Part shown: in pieces, positions 51,013-63,335 of the stretch
Layout of the letters: every line of letters begins with the position of its first letter
Position numbering within the stretch: the stretch's first letter is position 1
Source of the DNA: Paraphysomonas bandaiensis
Lineage: Eukaryota; Protista; Chrysophyceae
Assembly (NCBI GenBank): GCA_965644295.1
Contig: CBFFRP010000378.1
Coordinates: 451,821-515,820 of the forward strand
Direction of reading: 5' to 3'
Length of the DNA stretch: 64,000 nucleotides
Notes under the pieces: model-generated
What the model saw: the letters and a program-made list of their open reading frames with translations, nothing else
Database searches by the model: none
Told to the model about the DNA's origin: nothing
Program-made: the position numbers and the translations under genes

Positions 51013-51754
51013 ATGGATAGCATGTTTCACTCGATACTCTCTCAACAGATATGATTACATTGCTGTCATTCTCTATACTTCTGCATTCTATGTCGCCTAC
51101 TTTTCTCTATATATGTTATTCCGTAATTATGGAGAGCAAACGATTGTCGTGGTGCGTATCACTGGTTAATTCACTCATGATGACGATACTTGGCATAGTA
51201 TATATTGTGTGCACGTTGCTGCATTCAATTCTATTGACGTAGACTTCTTTATTGGTCTAGATAATTACTGTGCGATATTGTGTACTATTTTGCCACAGCA
51301 AATATTATTGACATTTTTTTCGGACTACTATTTATCGCAAGTATCTTGGTTTGTGGACTGCATACTTTCTCCATTCTCTGTATATTTGGCTGATGCACAT
51401 TGCAGTAACGGGAAATGGTTTCCTCATATTAACTCCGAAACTTTTTGCTCGTGCATTTTTGTTGTGCCTGGCGGAGGAGCTGCCGACGTTTATTCTGGCA
51501 TTAGGCTCAGTAGTACCTTCCACAAGATCAGATATCGCTTTTGGCGTGTCGTTCTTTCTTACACGAATTGTATTTCATATCTACTTATTAGCTGGTGCAT
51601 ATACCTCGGGAGAGTATATTATGTTGATAATTATCCTGTACTTATTAGCCCTAGCAAAATGCACTTAAATTGGTTTATCACATGGATTGAAAAGTATGGG
51701 TAAGCTGGGATTATGAAGAAAGGATGTCAGTCAAATGAATTGAAAGATACGTGA
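51013..51754 (+). pseudogene. TLC (TRAM/LAG1/CLN8)-like membrane protein pseudogene
   Basis: KRLSWCVSLVNS, TAYFLHSLYIW, EELPTFILALGSV..RSDIAFGVSFFLTRIVFH, MHLNWF are spread over several frames with short frameshifts and stops, without clean intron signals. Confidence 0.6.
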
Positions 51755-53153
51755 TGTCGTGCTATCAACCTATAGTTTATGACCTAAGAATGTTGTGGAG
51801 CAGTAATTGATACGATGAATTCAAACTGGTCAATTTATTCTCAGTAGTATTTAATATTTGATGGTACTTGTATACCTGTATAACAGTAAGGAATATTTTG
51901 AACTTGTCTAATGTGTGTTATTTCGGGAAGTCAGAATGACGATTTAATTTTGATTTTCAAAGTGCTAAACGACAAAATCTCAAGTATATATATGGTGTTG
52001 TGGGTAACGCAGGAATATACTCAGATCTCAGATCAGGCAAAGTTGTGTAGGTATATGTCGTTGTAGCTGAAGTAATGCTCAATAAAATATAGAACAGCAT
52101 ACTCAATAGACCATCAGTTAAATTAACATCTATTTTTAGCCGATGATATAATATATAATACTATATAATCATCTCAATTCGTGAAGTGAGATTTACAGTG
52201 CAACACCAGCATGTTGGTGTCGGCTTTATCAAGTCCTAGGACTCTTAATGCGTTGTACGCTAATATCAGATTTTGAAGATCTATCCTCTTGAGTCATTGC
52301 CCTTAGCATAGCCATAGCTGAACCTAGCTTAACTAAACTGTGAACCTCTACTTTAGGCTCACCTTCCAAAATAACAGTCTAAATAACATTGAATAAGTCT
52401 AAAACTACAACTACAATACTATCTACAAACAACTTCTAGAGTGAAAAAATGTACCTTAGTATCAATAATTAGTATGTACTACCTACGATTCCGTGATCAA
52501 TGGAATGACCATCATTCACATTCAATACCTAACACATCAGTCTATTACAGTTGATCACAATAACTCCTCATCAAAGTTTAAGGGAAGATACATTCAGTAT
52601 TCTCATTGTAATTCAAGTCTTATATACGTACTTCCAAGTACAGTTCAATAAACAATAAGCACCTAATATATCTATAATAATGTATACATATCATCGATCA
52701 TTATCTTTATGATTATGCTTCATTATTGGTGATCCTGTCTTTTGAGTTGCCATAGTCATATAGCTCAATATGAAATATAGTAATAATAATAGTTATTTAG
52801 TGTGCACAAACTTAAGCATATACAATAGAGAGCTCATATAGTATAAGATAACCGGATAGCTAGATATTACAATAGTTTCATTCTCACCAAAACTCTCGCG
52901 TTTAAACGTTAACATATAACGTGTAACGTGTACCGTATACTAAACGTTGTACTTAGCTTACGATGCTTCGCTTATGGTACGTACACTACGAAGCCTTCAT
53001 ATCTACAATGTGAACAATATATACTATCTGTACCAACAACCCACGAACACGAAAATACTTACTGGACAGGTCAGATATATAGTTGACTCAAAGCACAGAA
53101 GCAAAAAACTTCATACATTTATTCCGGTTATATTAAACAGCCAGGTATGTTTG

Positions 53154-53705
53154 TTACCATACACCCCTGCGTGGGGTTTTCGTAATGCCTGCAGTCAAAG
53201 AGTACTTTTTTTCGCCTTTACTAGTACTGCGGCCATTTCGATTTGTCTTACGTATAGATTTTTTGCTGTGTCCTTGACTTCGTGGTTTTGACGACACAGA
53301 GATATCTGGGTCGGAAGAAAGTGATGAACTTAGTAGCACGATCATGTTGAAACTATCATTTTGCTGTGCCTTATTCCACCGTTCATGACCACAAATTTGA
53401 CAACGCTGTAAGAATCGGTAGTTACCCTTCTTCATATCAATTACTACTGGAGGCATTAGCCCATTGCAATCTGCTGTACGATCCCCAGGATTTATATCCA
53501 CATGTTTGCTCCAAAGACATTGACTGCAGTGATTCGTGTAGCCATTACCATACTCAAGATGCCCACAGTGGTCGCAAACAAAATCTTCACAGCATTTCTG
53601 AAAGTTCTTGCAACAATTGAACTTTTCAAAATCAATTGCTGCTTCACTTGATTCTCCTCCAGGCATTTCTGCGTCGAAGATTTCCATATCATGTCCAGAC
53701 ATCAT
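53154..53705 (-). CDS. RNHCP-domain zinc-ribbon protein (bacterial type), intronless
   Basis: FQKCCEDFVCDHCG..GNGYTNHCSQCLWSKHVDINPGDRTADCNGLMPP...RCQICGHERWNKAQQND. Confidence 0.88.
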   Translation of the reverse strand: MMSGHDMEIFDAEMPGGESSEAAIDFEKFNCCKNFQKCCEDFVCDHCGHLEYGNGYTNHCSQCLWSKHVDINPGDRTADCNGLMPPVVIDMKKGNYRFLQRCQICGHERWNKAQQNDSFNMIVLLSSSLSSDPDISVSSKPRSQGHSKKSIRKTNRNGRSTSKGEKKYSLTAGITKTPRRGVW

Positions 53706-54175
53706 CCTTCACAGATGCACATAACTGTCTTTTCATTGCTATAGCTAGCAAAATCTGCGGCACTATATAGGAACCCTACTGTACATAGAATACGCTGCCT
53801 GTCATTTCAGTGTATGTCCATTGAGAGTGCATTTTGGGGCATACCTGGTATACTGCTGTATATATAGTGGACTAGGAACAATGCTATTTCTGGGTGGGTA
53901 ATAAGGGCTCTATAAAATGGTGTACCATATTCTACAGGATTTTCCATATGGTAGTTATGGGTCCGGGTCGCAGCGGGAACTCGGTCTACAACCCACCGCT
54001 AACGTATATTCCCTATACAACCATAGAAACTCCTGCTTTTAGTAAAGTAAGTGCGTATAATACACCACATCGTCCTCCATCTTCTGGAAGATCTCATTAC
54101 GACTGCTGTCTTCATACAATGTAATGATGATATTGGTATAATCTTAGCGTTCACCTTGTAATTCTTGTAATAGAT

Positions 54176-55675
54176 ATGGAACTCACAAGTGATGATGGTT
54201 CTGTCTTAGATGACCTGGATGAGAATCTGGCAGATAGCACCAGCCGTGAGTACAAAAGATCCCTTCGGACTGTGATGAATCACTTCAACAATTTCATCTG
54301 TAAGAGTCACGGGATCGATGCGGCAAGGTATCCCTATCCCGTATACAACGATGAATACTTTAAGGAAGTCAAAACTACGTCTGATATATTCGGTAGATTT
54401 GCTAATTTCATAATTGATACTGTCAAAATCAAGAAACCGAAATGTGCTCTAAACTACATCTCCAAACTCCGAATGAAGGTCGAGAGTGAAAATCCAGGGA
54501 CGACTGTATTTAATGGCACATGGTATCGAAATTTACGCCTCAATATAATGAAGGAATACGTGAAGAAATGTGCTCGCGATGGAACAAAACTTAGTGACCA
54601 AGCGCCTGAGATGACGATGAAGGACTTGCGTGCAATTTCGGAGATTCTATTCCGTAGAGACACTTCGCAGTCGATATCTCATCGCTGCCTACTGATCTTT
54701 CAGTGGCAAGCGTTGGGAAGAATATCTGAGATTTCGTCCATGAAATGGGCTGATATTGGATTTCGAAACTCATACATCGAAGCGTTGCAAGTTAATCTGA
54801 ACAGGTGTGTGTAATGAGGGTTGTTGTAAGTTGTGTTGAATGTGCATAATAGATCGAAGAACAACTCCCAGCAAGACCTTTTAATTTTCTTGCATTCCAG
54901 CGATTGGATCGCTTGTCCGCTTCACGCCTTATTCTCATTGATTGTATGCAAAGTAGATTCGTCGAATAGAATATTCGACTGTATTCCACCAAATGGTGAG
55001 TCCAAGTATGTTAACAGCTTGCTACTTTCTATCTACGAAGAAGTAATGCAATCGTCAAATGATTTGAGAATAACCCCCAACATGAGAAGCCACTCGGGGC
55101 GATCTGGACCGACCACAGCAGCTTCCGAACACCCTCAAATGCAGGTATAGAACTCTACAATAAGCACATTTTAATAATTATTAAAATGTTGTGTACGCAG
55201 CCTCACTGGCTTATTCCTCGCGGAGGGTGGACTTTGGATTCCATTCAGACTCTTTTCTCGTATATTAGATGTACCAACACTACTGATAGTCGTGTTGCTC
55301 GCAGTTTATCCGAGTGGCCCAATCTAGAGGCAGGAGGACAGCCGCCATCACCGAAAGGCCTGCCAATGGAAGATAGAGAGCTCTTTTCTCGTTTCGCATA
55401 CACAATTACCAGTCATATTGATATATCGAAGGACCTACGGGAGATATTGACGTGCGTAGGTTGCATGTACTACAATGAGGTCAGACAAAGCTATCCTAAC
55501 TGTCCATTGATAAGGGTAATGGAAACATGCGATAATTCGCCCGGGGTTGAAGTTCTCGGACAGTGGAGTAGGGATTTCAGGAAACAATTCATCAGAATAA
55601 ATGGTCCTTACTTAAGGAGGACCCTACTGCAAGGTGAAGATCTCATACTACTATCACGCTTAACTGTTCGTCCAT
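54176..55675 (+). mobile_element. Crypton-type tyrosine recombinase gene (2 introns), 3' end disrupted by a Gypsy LTR
   Basis: QWQALGRISE (catalytic R), NRSK, ACPLHAL, SHSGR (HxxR), RGGW, FSY; introns ~54805-54852 and ~55145-55200. Confidence 0.8.
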
Positions 55676-55860
55676 TGTGGGCTTGCATACATATGTGTAT
55701 GTGTGCAAAGCAATACCCAAGTACAGAAGTACAAAATAATGATTATTATCGTATAATGAATCATGAATAATACTGTCTACAATATCAACGGCTAATAATA
55801 CTGTCTACAATATCAACGGCTATTTCTAATCCCAACAACAATCACATTCCCTACAGTTTG

Positions 55861-56180
55861 TGTTAGAAATAGACATTTTTAACAATAAGACCTTTGTTAA
55901 CACTTATATGGAATATTATATAATTATAAGAGATACCATACTTCATTCATTGACGTTCACCAACTCTTTCTATCTCTACTACACCAACCATTTCTAGTAC
56001 GATCTTACATCGTCACTATCTTGTACAGTCAGTATATTTCAGTTTTATCACTACAATGGCTATCATATTATTGGTTCTCATACTACAGCTAGCTACTACT
56101 GTATTCTTTGAGTAACGGATATAATTCTAATATCTTGGAAACTACAGCTTTTAATTGCTCACAAACAGCAGAACTCAACA
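55861..56180 (-). repeat. Copia 3' LTR
   Basis: Identical to 60974-61293. Confidence 0.97.
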
Positions 56181-56307
56181 CTCCCTCTCAATTCAAAGCT
56201 GTAAAACATGGCATAACTGACGGATACGCAACCACCGAAACCGTATAGGACAAACCGGTGGACGTATGGCTCCGACGTTTCAGCTAGCCTCTCCGTAGTC
56301 AACACGT

Positions 56308-59300
56308 TTATGAGCCTCTGTTTCGTTTGTATGAATTCTCTCTGATGACATCCACAGATGACTTCTGATCTTCTCCTAGACATCTCTTTCTATGCTTCTC
56401 GTATATAACGCCACACAAAGATTTCGTAAATATGTCTGCAGTCTGGTTATCAGTTCCAACGTGATACAATATCGCAGTGTTAAAACGTCCTTCTGGATCT
56501 ACATGTTCACGCACCCAGTGGTATTTGATTTCAATGTGTTTTGATCTTTTGTGGAACACTGGATTTAATGCTAGATCACGAGCACTCTGGCTATCTAAAA
56601 AAAATGGAGTGGGTTCGTACAGTCGAAGTCCCAATTCGGCCAACACCCCCCGAAGCCACACCAGTTCTTGCATGCCAGCGTACATAGCTTGGTACTCACT
56701 CTGCATTGAAGACGTAGACACAGTAACTTGTAAGATTGATTGCCAGGTGAGTGGTCCACCTGCTGCAAACACAATGTATCCAGTTGTCGACCTTCGTGAC
56801 ACAGTATCGCCTGCCCAGTCAGCGTCTGTGAAAATATGCATGTCAAAGCTCTTACCACTGAACCGAATACCTTTCCGCACAGTACCCCTGATGTATTGTA
56901 ACAAATAAGTCATCAACTTGCATGTAGCCTTTGTTGGTTTCGAAGCATATCGTGACAATAGGCCAACAGCATACGCAATATCTGGACGCGTATTCATTGA
57001 TAGATATAGCATGGCACCTAGTAAGCTACGATAGGGATAATTGTCGACTCCCTCTTCCTCCTGAGATGAGTTCTCACTATCAGTGCAATTAATCCTGTCC
57101 ATGGCATCTACAGGTAGTGGGGATTTGCGAACTTTGTTTGAAGGTCCAAGGAATGCTGCATATTTGGTGAGAATCTTTTCAGCGTATGTCGATTGGTCAA
57201 GTTGAATATAATTCTTGGTCCTTGTAACTCGAACGTTGAGAAAATGCTCTAATTCTCCCATGTCTGACATGTCAAATCTTTCACAAAACCGTTTCTTGAT
57301 TTCTGTCAAAATAGTCAGATCCGCACAAGCGATTACTATATCATCAACGTATATGGTTAAGTACACACGATGATCTTTGTACATCATATAATATAGACAT
57401 GGTTCTAAAATGCAGGGTTTGAATCCCAAAGACTTTATAAATCCATGTATGGTCTTCCACCATGAACGTGGAGAACTCCGAAGGCCATATAGTGAGCGAT
57501 ATAGTTTGAAACAGTGTCCTGGTGGCAACTGAAAATCGGGAGGAGGGTCCATGTACACGTCTCCTTCGATTTTAGCATAACAGAATGCATTCGACACGTC
57601 AAGTTGATGGATGTGCATACTGTCCTTTGACCATATCCCAGAGCGACCAGACGAGCTTTATGCTTTTTTATTGATCCATCTTTATTGTATTTTCGTTTGA
57701 ACACATATCTGGACTTTAGAGGTCTAACACCAGGTGGCGTCTCAACGACATTAAACACTTCCCGCTTGAATAATGCATTCCGTTCTAATCGTCTAGCTTC
57801 CTTCCAATTTGAAGCTTCAGGACATGTCAATGACTCTTCATACGTCTCAGGCTCTCTATAAGTAGACGAGTTAGACATAAGTGCGCAATCACTCTCATCA
57901 CACAAGTTAACAATCTCCTCGTCATGGAGAAGGTTTACCTCACCCAGGGTGGACACATTAGTCAACACCCTTCGGATTCGCGTACGTTTACCACTGGTCT
58001 CCCTTGACTCAGCATGTACAGTACCACTATTCTCACTTGGCACACAAGAAGGTACATTCTCAAAGACACGATTCGCGCTGACCCCACTCGGTACAGCACC
58101 CGCACTACTCTCCGGCAAAGTACGAAGGGACATTCTCTTCCCTGGAATCTCATCCGCCGTAGACTTATTGGGCGTGTCACCCGAAGCCGGCGTAGATGAC
58201 GATCCACCTCTCTTGTCGTCACAAGAACGAGGTTTTGAGTACAGCCTGCGGTTATAGTCACCAGTCAACTCGGCAATATCACGTACGTGAATAGGGACTT
58301 TTTCTTCTATCTGCTCTTTCCCAGCAGTTACTAGCGCCCTAAACGCCACAATTAGTCCTTTTCGCACCACAACTCTCGTAGTCTTAAAGAGAAACCCGTC
58401 GTCCACATGATACGAACCAATCAGATGTTTAAACTCTTCAACTGATCGATCTAATGGGTCAGTTTTGACTAAGGCCTCTTCAAGCTCTGCATAGTACTCC
58501 TTATCTCTTGGAGGTATACTTTCATCATACAGAACATGTACTGATACGACTTCTTTGTCACCAAGCCACACACGGGATCCCTTTTTCGTATTGGATAGAC
58601 CTATGAAATACCCAGTCTGCGACTTCTCCTGCCAGTCCTTTCGACGATCACCTTTGGGAATAAGCACATAAGCCTTGCACCCCCAGCGTCGAAATCTCGA
58701 TAAGTCAGGGACTGAACCTCCTGGGACGCATTCCATTGGAGACATCCAACCTCGATATGTACGTGTAGGCATTCGTCGAACTATCATGCATGCATATACA
58801 TAAGCATCCCACCAAAAAATTACGGGTAATCCTGAGTCCATTAACAGAGCCAGAGTCATTTCTCCCAATGTTCGATTCCTACGCTCAGATACACCATTCA
58901 TCTCAGGGCTGTCTGTGGAGCTCCAAGTGATGCTAGTTCCAAACTTGCTCATTAAGTATTGCTGAATGGACTTGTCGATCAACTCAGCCCCCCCATCCGA
59001 ATGGTACTGTATCAACCGGTGTGAACCGGGATATGTAGGGAGTTTACTCTCAACCCAGTCCTTCACGCAACTCAACACCTCATTCGCAGACCGTGTCTCC
59101 AACGGATATTCCCAAAACTCCTTGGTGGCTATATCTGATAATGTCAGAACATATTTGTATCCTTGTCTGGATGGGCAATTGAAATATACAGCAATGTCCA
59201 CAGAAACCTTCTCAAGGAACTCTGTAGCTTGCAGTTCGTCATCTCTCTTTGCGGTGAATGATTTCCTTGTCATCTTTGATTTTGCGCAAGCTTTACAAAT

Positions 59301-60974
59301 ACCTTTCATTTTTCGTAAACTCTTCTTGCTGAGATGTCGTCGGGTTAATCCGCTCCCGGTAAAAAGTCTGTGTTTAAACGCTTCAATCAGCTTATGTTTG
59401 CTGACGTGTCCACAGCGCTTGTGTAACATCTCTAACGGATCTTCATGCACCTTGTCGGACAAATATACTTCCTCCAGCATTGTCAAATTTGGAAGATCAA
59501 GTATTTCCTGTAAATTTACATAAGGCATTCCGTTGCTTGAGTAGGTTGCCTCCAATACAGTCTCCCCAGTATCAAGTCGCACAACAGTGGGCTTGTTCAA
59601 CAACTGCAATCCATACCCGTGAGAACGGAGTATTCCTCCAGAGCAGATATTCTTGACTGATCCAGGGCAGATCTTGATGTCAGTCCAATCGCCAAAGCCT
59701 CCAGTTTCCTCATAGTGTAAACTGGATCCAGCTCTGGTTGTCTGTATATTTCCATCCTCCTTCTTGACCGTATGAAGGAAATTTCTGTCCTTAACAATGA
59801 ACAGTTTATTAGAGGCACAGCTGTCTAAATACACGGGTTCATCGGAAGTGTGTAGCACCTCTTCAGAGACACATGAATCATCATGCGGTTCCTCATACAT
59901 AATCATGTTCACAGAGTCCGAATCTTCCTCTTGCTCCTCTCTCCGCAAAAAACGATTCCAATCTGTGCGTTTTGCAGGCTTTTCGTCCAAAAATGGCCGG
60001 TTTTTGTCTCCTTGGGCAGAGTCACTACGTACTTGAGCACGAAATTTGCACTTATACGCACGATGTCTGGTGTCTCCACATACATAGCAGCCATCTGATT
60101 TTTTCTTCTCGTTGTTGTCTCTGCGACTCTCAGATCGATTCCTAGCGCCACGACTCTTTCCCTGCCTTCTTAATTTCGCGATCTTAAGGTCTCTCTTCTT
60201 CTTCCAGCACGATTTCTGTGAGTGACCCCGTTTGCCACATTTGGGATAGCTGCACACCTCATTTTCATCAGCAGTGGAATTCATGTTTACTTCGTCGGTG
60301 CCTTCTTTCGGGACACCTTTTGCCTGATCGTATCTCCTGCATATGGTGATCATATCAATAAAGGTTATGTCACCTTGTAGGTAGAGATTGGTGTACAATT
60401 GCTCCAAATCGCTTCGTGTTTCGAGGGCAGTCTGTAACTTCGTTTTTTTAGCGATGTCAGTGGGTGGTTCCCCCAACTCGGACATTTTTTGACAGATGCC
60501 GTTTAGTCGATCGATTGCTGCGCACACGAGTTCCCCCGGTAGAATTTTGAATCCTGCAAACTTCTTATTCAATTCAACTAATTCATATTGGATTTCCCCT
60601 CGAAACCGAACAATTAACCTAGAGATGAGTTCACTCGCTAACTGCTCTTTATCAGGATGGTCCTGCGGGAGCATATCCTTTTCCCGGAAGTACTGATCCA
60701 CGATCTCAAGGGCTTCAGCGACTGGTTGAACAGCTTCAAATATCGAACTGATGCACGTGTCTTTCCTCTCCAGCCACTTGTCCAGATCCTCCTTGTACTT
60801 ATTTCGGACTGTCACTGGCGCATTATTTGCTGGTCTTACTGGACGGTCCTCTAGACCCAGATGGTTCCTGTTCTTCCTCATCAACCACACTTTCAGATTC
60901 TTTGACCAATTCACTACACCGAACTGATCAAATTTAGGAAGAAGTTTCCACTCCGAACTACTGTCTGCTACCAT
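56308..60974 (-). pseudogene. Copia gag-pol, broken by an RT deletion/frameshift at ~57620
   Basis: KARLVALGYGQR is joined out of frame to MHIHQLDVSNAF; the conserved intervening G.DY.ETFAPV...RLLLA segment is missing. Confidence 0.85.
60964..60973 (-). promoter_or_regulatory. Primer-binding site, tRNA-iMet type
   Basis: TGGTAGCAGA immediately after the 5' LTR is complementary to the ...UCUGCUACCA 3' end known for animal initiator tRNA-Met. Confidence 0.75.
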
Positions 60975-61293
60975 GTTAGAAATAGACATTTTTAACAATA
61001 AGACCTTTGTTAACACTTATATGGAATATTATATAATTATAAGAGATACCATACTTCATTCATTGACGTTCACCAACTCTTTCTATCTCTACTACACCAA
61101 CCATTTCTAGTACGATCTTACATCGTCACTATCTTGTACAGTCAGTATATTTCAGTTTTATCACTACAATGGCTATCATATTATTGGTTCTCATACTACA
61201 GCTAGCTACTACTGTATTCTTTGAGTAACGGATATAATTCTAATATCTTGGAAACTACAGCTTTTAATTGCTCACAAACAGCAGAACTCAACA
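60974..61293 (-). repeat. Copia 5' LTR
   Basis: Identical to 55861-56180; followed by the PBS. Confidence 0.97.
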
Positions 61294-61470
61294 GTTTGTA
61301 TTCCTAACTACATGGTACACGTATACAATACAGTACTGTACTACTAATCATATAATACAGGACAAGTACACGTATATATTCTATATGTAAGTGGATAGTC
61401 CTACACTACCTCCCCTTATAATTGATGTGTTAATGTGTTATATTGACACTCAATTCTGTAAACTTTGTTA

Positions 61471-62825
61471 TTAATCTTCTTCATCAGAAGAATAAACCAC
61501 ATTTCGAGGTAGTAAATTTCTTACATTTTCATCAGGATGTTGAGTTAGGAAATTTTGTAGAGCATACGTTTTTCTAACGTTAGCCCATGGTTCCCATGTA
61601 GGTTTTTCATACCCTATCCAATGTACTAGAAATTTTATTTGACTTTTCGGACCTTTAGCTCGACCTCTTATTTTTGAAATATGGTCAATAGCATAAAAGT
61701 TTCCACCATCTTTACATGCCACTTGTAAGGGGTCAATAGTAGAGGGATCGTAATTAAATTCCCTTAATTTCTTTATATGATAGTCTTTATTACGTTTAGT
61801 AACTATATCTTGAAGAGTATATTTATCTCCAATAACATTGACTACTCGCATTGGACCTTTAAGATATGGTAATAACTTACTTGCCGGTCCAGGACGTAAA
61901 GCATTTTGTCTATGCTCAACTAACACATAAGAATTTATTGGAAATTCTTTTGTTTGTATATTTGGTGCAGTTGCCATGTGGATTTCATCATGTTTGCGAA
62001 GATTTCGTCTTGCAACATCCATAATAGTGGACTGAACCTTTTGTATTCTATCTATCCAATGTGATAGCTTTTGTTCGTTCCCGTCCAAGTTCTCATTGTG
62101 TTCAATGAATAAACTTTTATCTAAATCTACTGCATTCCCAAATAGAATACTAGCGGGAGTAACGCCGGTGCTTCTATGTTTAGAAGAATTCATAATTCTT
62201 TGTACTAAAGGTAGATACATTGACCAATTATTTAGTACATTTTTATCAAATATAATATTCCTTAAGTGCCTTAAAATTTCTTTATTAGCACGTTCAACTA
62301 TAGCATTTTCTTCTTTAGAATACGCCATCGAAAATGATTGATTACTTCCAACCATATCTATCAATGATTTTGTTAAATCATCCACAAATTCTGGTCCAAG
62401 ATCCGAATGAATCTCAATAGGTGCTCCATATCTACCCAGGTGTTGAAGCAATCCCTTTGCCGCCGCCATGGCAGTGAGATTCTTAGTAGGGATTAATTCT
62501 ACCCACCTAGAAAAAGAATCGATAATCACTAATATATTAGTGTATCCATCCTCATCTGGATGCAGACTCTGAATAAAATCCACTGCTATTCGTTGCATCG
62601 GGCCATATGTTGAGACAGTAAAGGGATGAGCATTAATTATTGGTTTAATTCTACTCATCTTTTGACAACAAGGACAAGTTTTAATAAATTTTGTCACATG
62701 TGCCCCTTGCTTTGACCATTTATGACCATTGTCTCGTAATTTTTGTATTGTACGATCAATACCATGATGACCTGTAACATTGTTATGAAATCTTTTAATA
62801 ATTTCCCATTCCTTGTTTGGAACTT
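61471..62825 (-). CDS. Gypsy pol C-terminal part: integrase + chromodomain
   Basis: ORF 61471-62850; RT and RNase H are absent upstream. Confidence 0.9.
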
Positions 62826-63335
62826 GTTGTAAGGCAATAACAAGCCACAAGTTGATAGTAAACGATAGTGTTATTAACTTGTTTTATCAGAGGTTATCTG
62901 TGATAATAATGACTAGCATTCTAATCTGTCTTCTATCACAGACTACACCTACAGCTCACTGCTTGGGCACATATATATGCCCTTACTCTATACCAATCCA
63001 CTGTACATATTGGACTGTACATATCCTACACCGTATTGTCATCATACACCGTATAATGGTATACCGTTACCCTACTGTAGCTGGCTGTCTACACTGTATA
63101 TATCCTGTATACTATACATCCACAGTATAGTGCAATATACAGCAGTATACTATCAAACCAAGCTTTCACTCCAATGACAGCCAACCTCCTATACGGGGAT
63201 GACAACACACCCTCCTATGTTCAGTCCAACGCCTGATCTCCTTATCGTCCATAAAATATGAACCTATAAATAAATATTAAATACCGTGACCTCAATCGGC
63301 TATTGCTCGACTAAGTCACAACCGCCCCCCCATAA

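Larger units (their letters stand above)
55861..61293 (-). mobile_element. Ty1/Copia LTR retrotransposon with identical 320-bp LTRs and GTTTG TSD
   Basis: LTRs 55861-56180 and 60974-61293 (TG...CA); TSD GTTTG at 55856-60 and 61294-98; PBS TGGTAGCAGA; PPT GAGAGGGAG; gag zinc knuckles, protease YLDSCAS, integrase before RT, YVDD, RNase H TDADWAG. Confidence 0.97.
55676..62825 (-). mobile_element. 5'-truncated Gypsy chromovirus: integrase + chromodomain, PPT, and 3' LTR (61405-61299 + 55855-55676) split by the Copia insertion
   Basis: HHCC (FHNNVTGHHG...CPCCQ), DDE (AVDF, HSDLG, IVERAN), KGP, chromodomain (FLVHWIGYEKPTWEPWANV). PPT AAGGGGAGGTAG directly precedes TGTAGG at 61405; the LTR ends CCCACA at 55676. 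Confidence 0.8.

Noticed and set aside
57435-57620. Programmed ribosomal frameshift between the two Copia ORFs
   Set aside because: The break lies inside RT and a conserved segment is missing, which indicates a deletion.
56477-60854. Plus-strand ORFs within the Copia element (and similar antisense ORFs over other genes)
   Set aside because: Antisense shadows of real coding sequence with no independent motifs.
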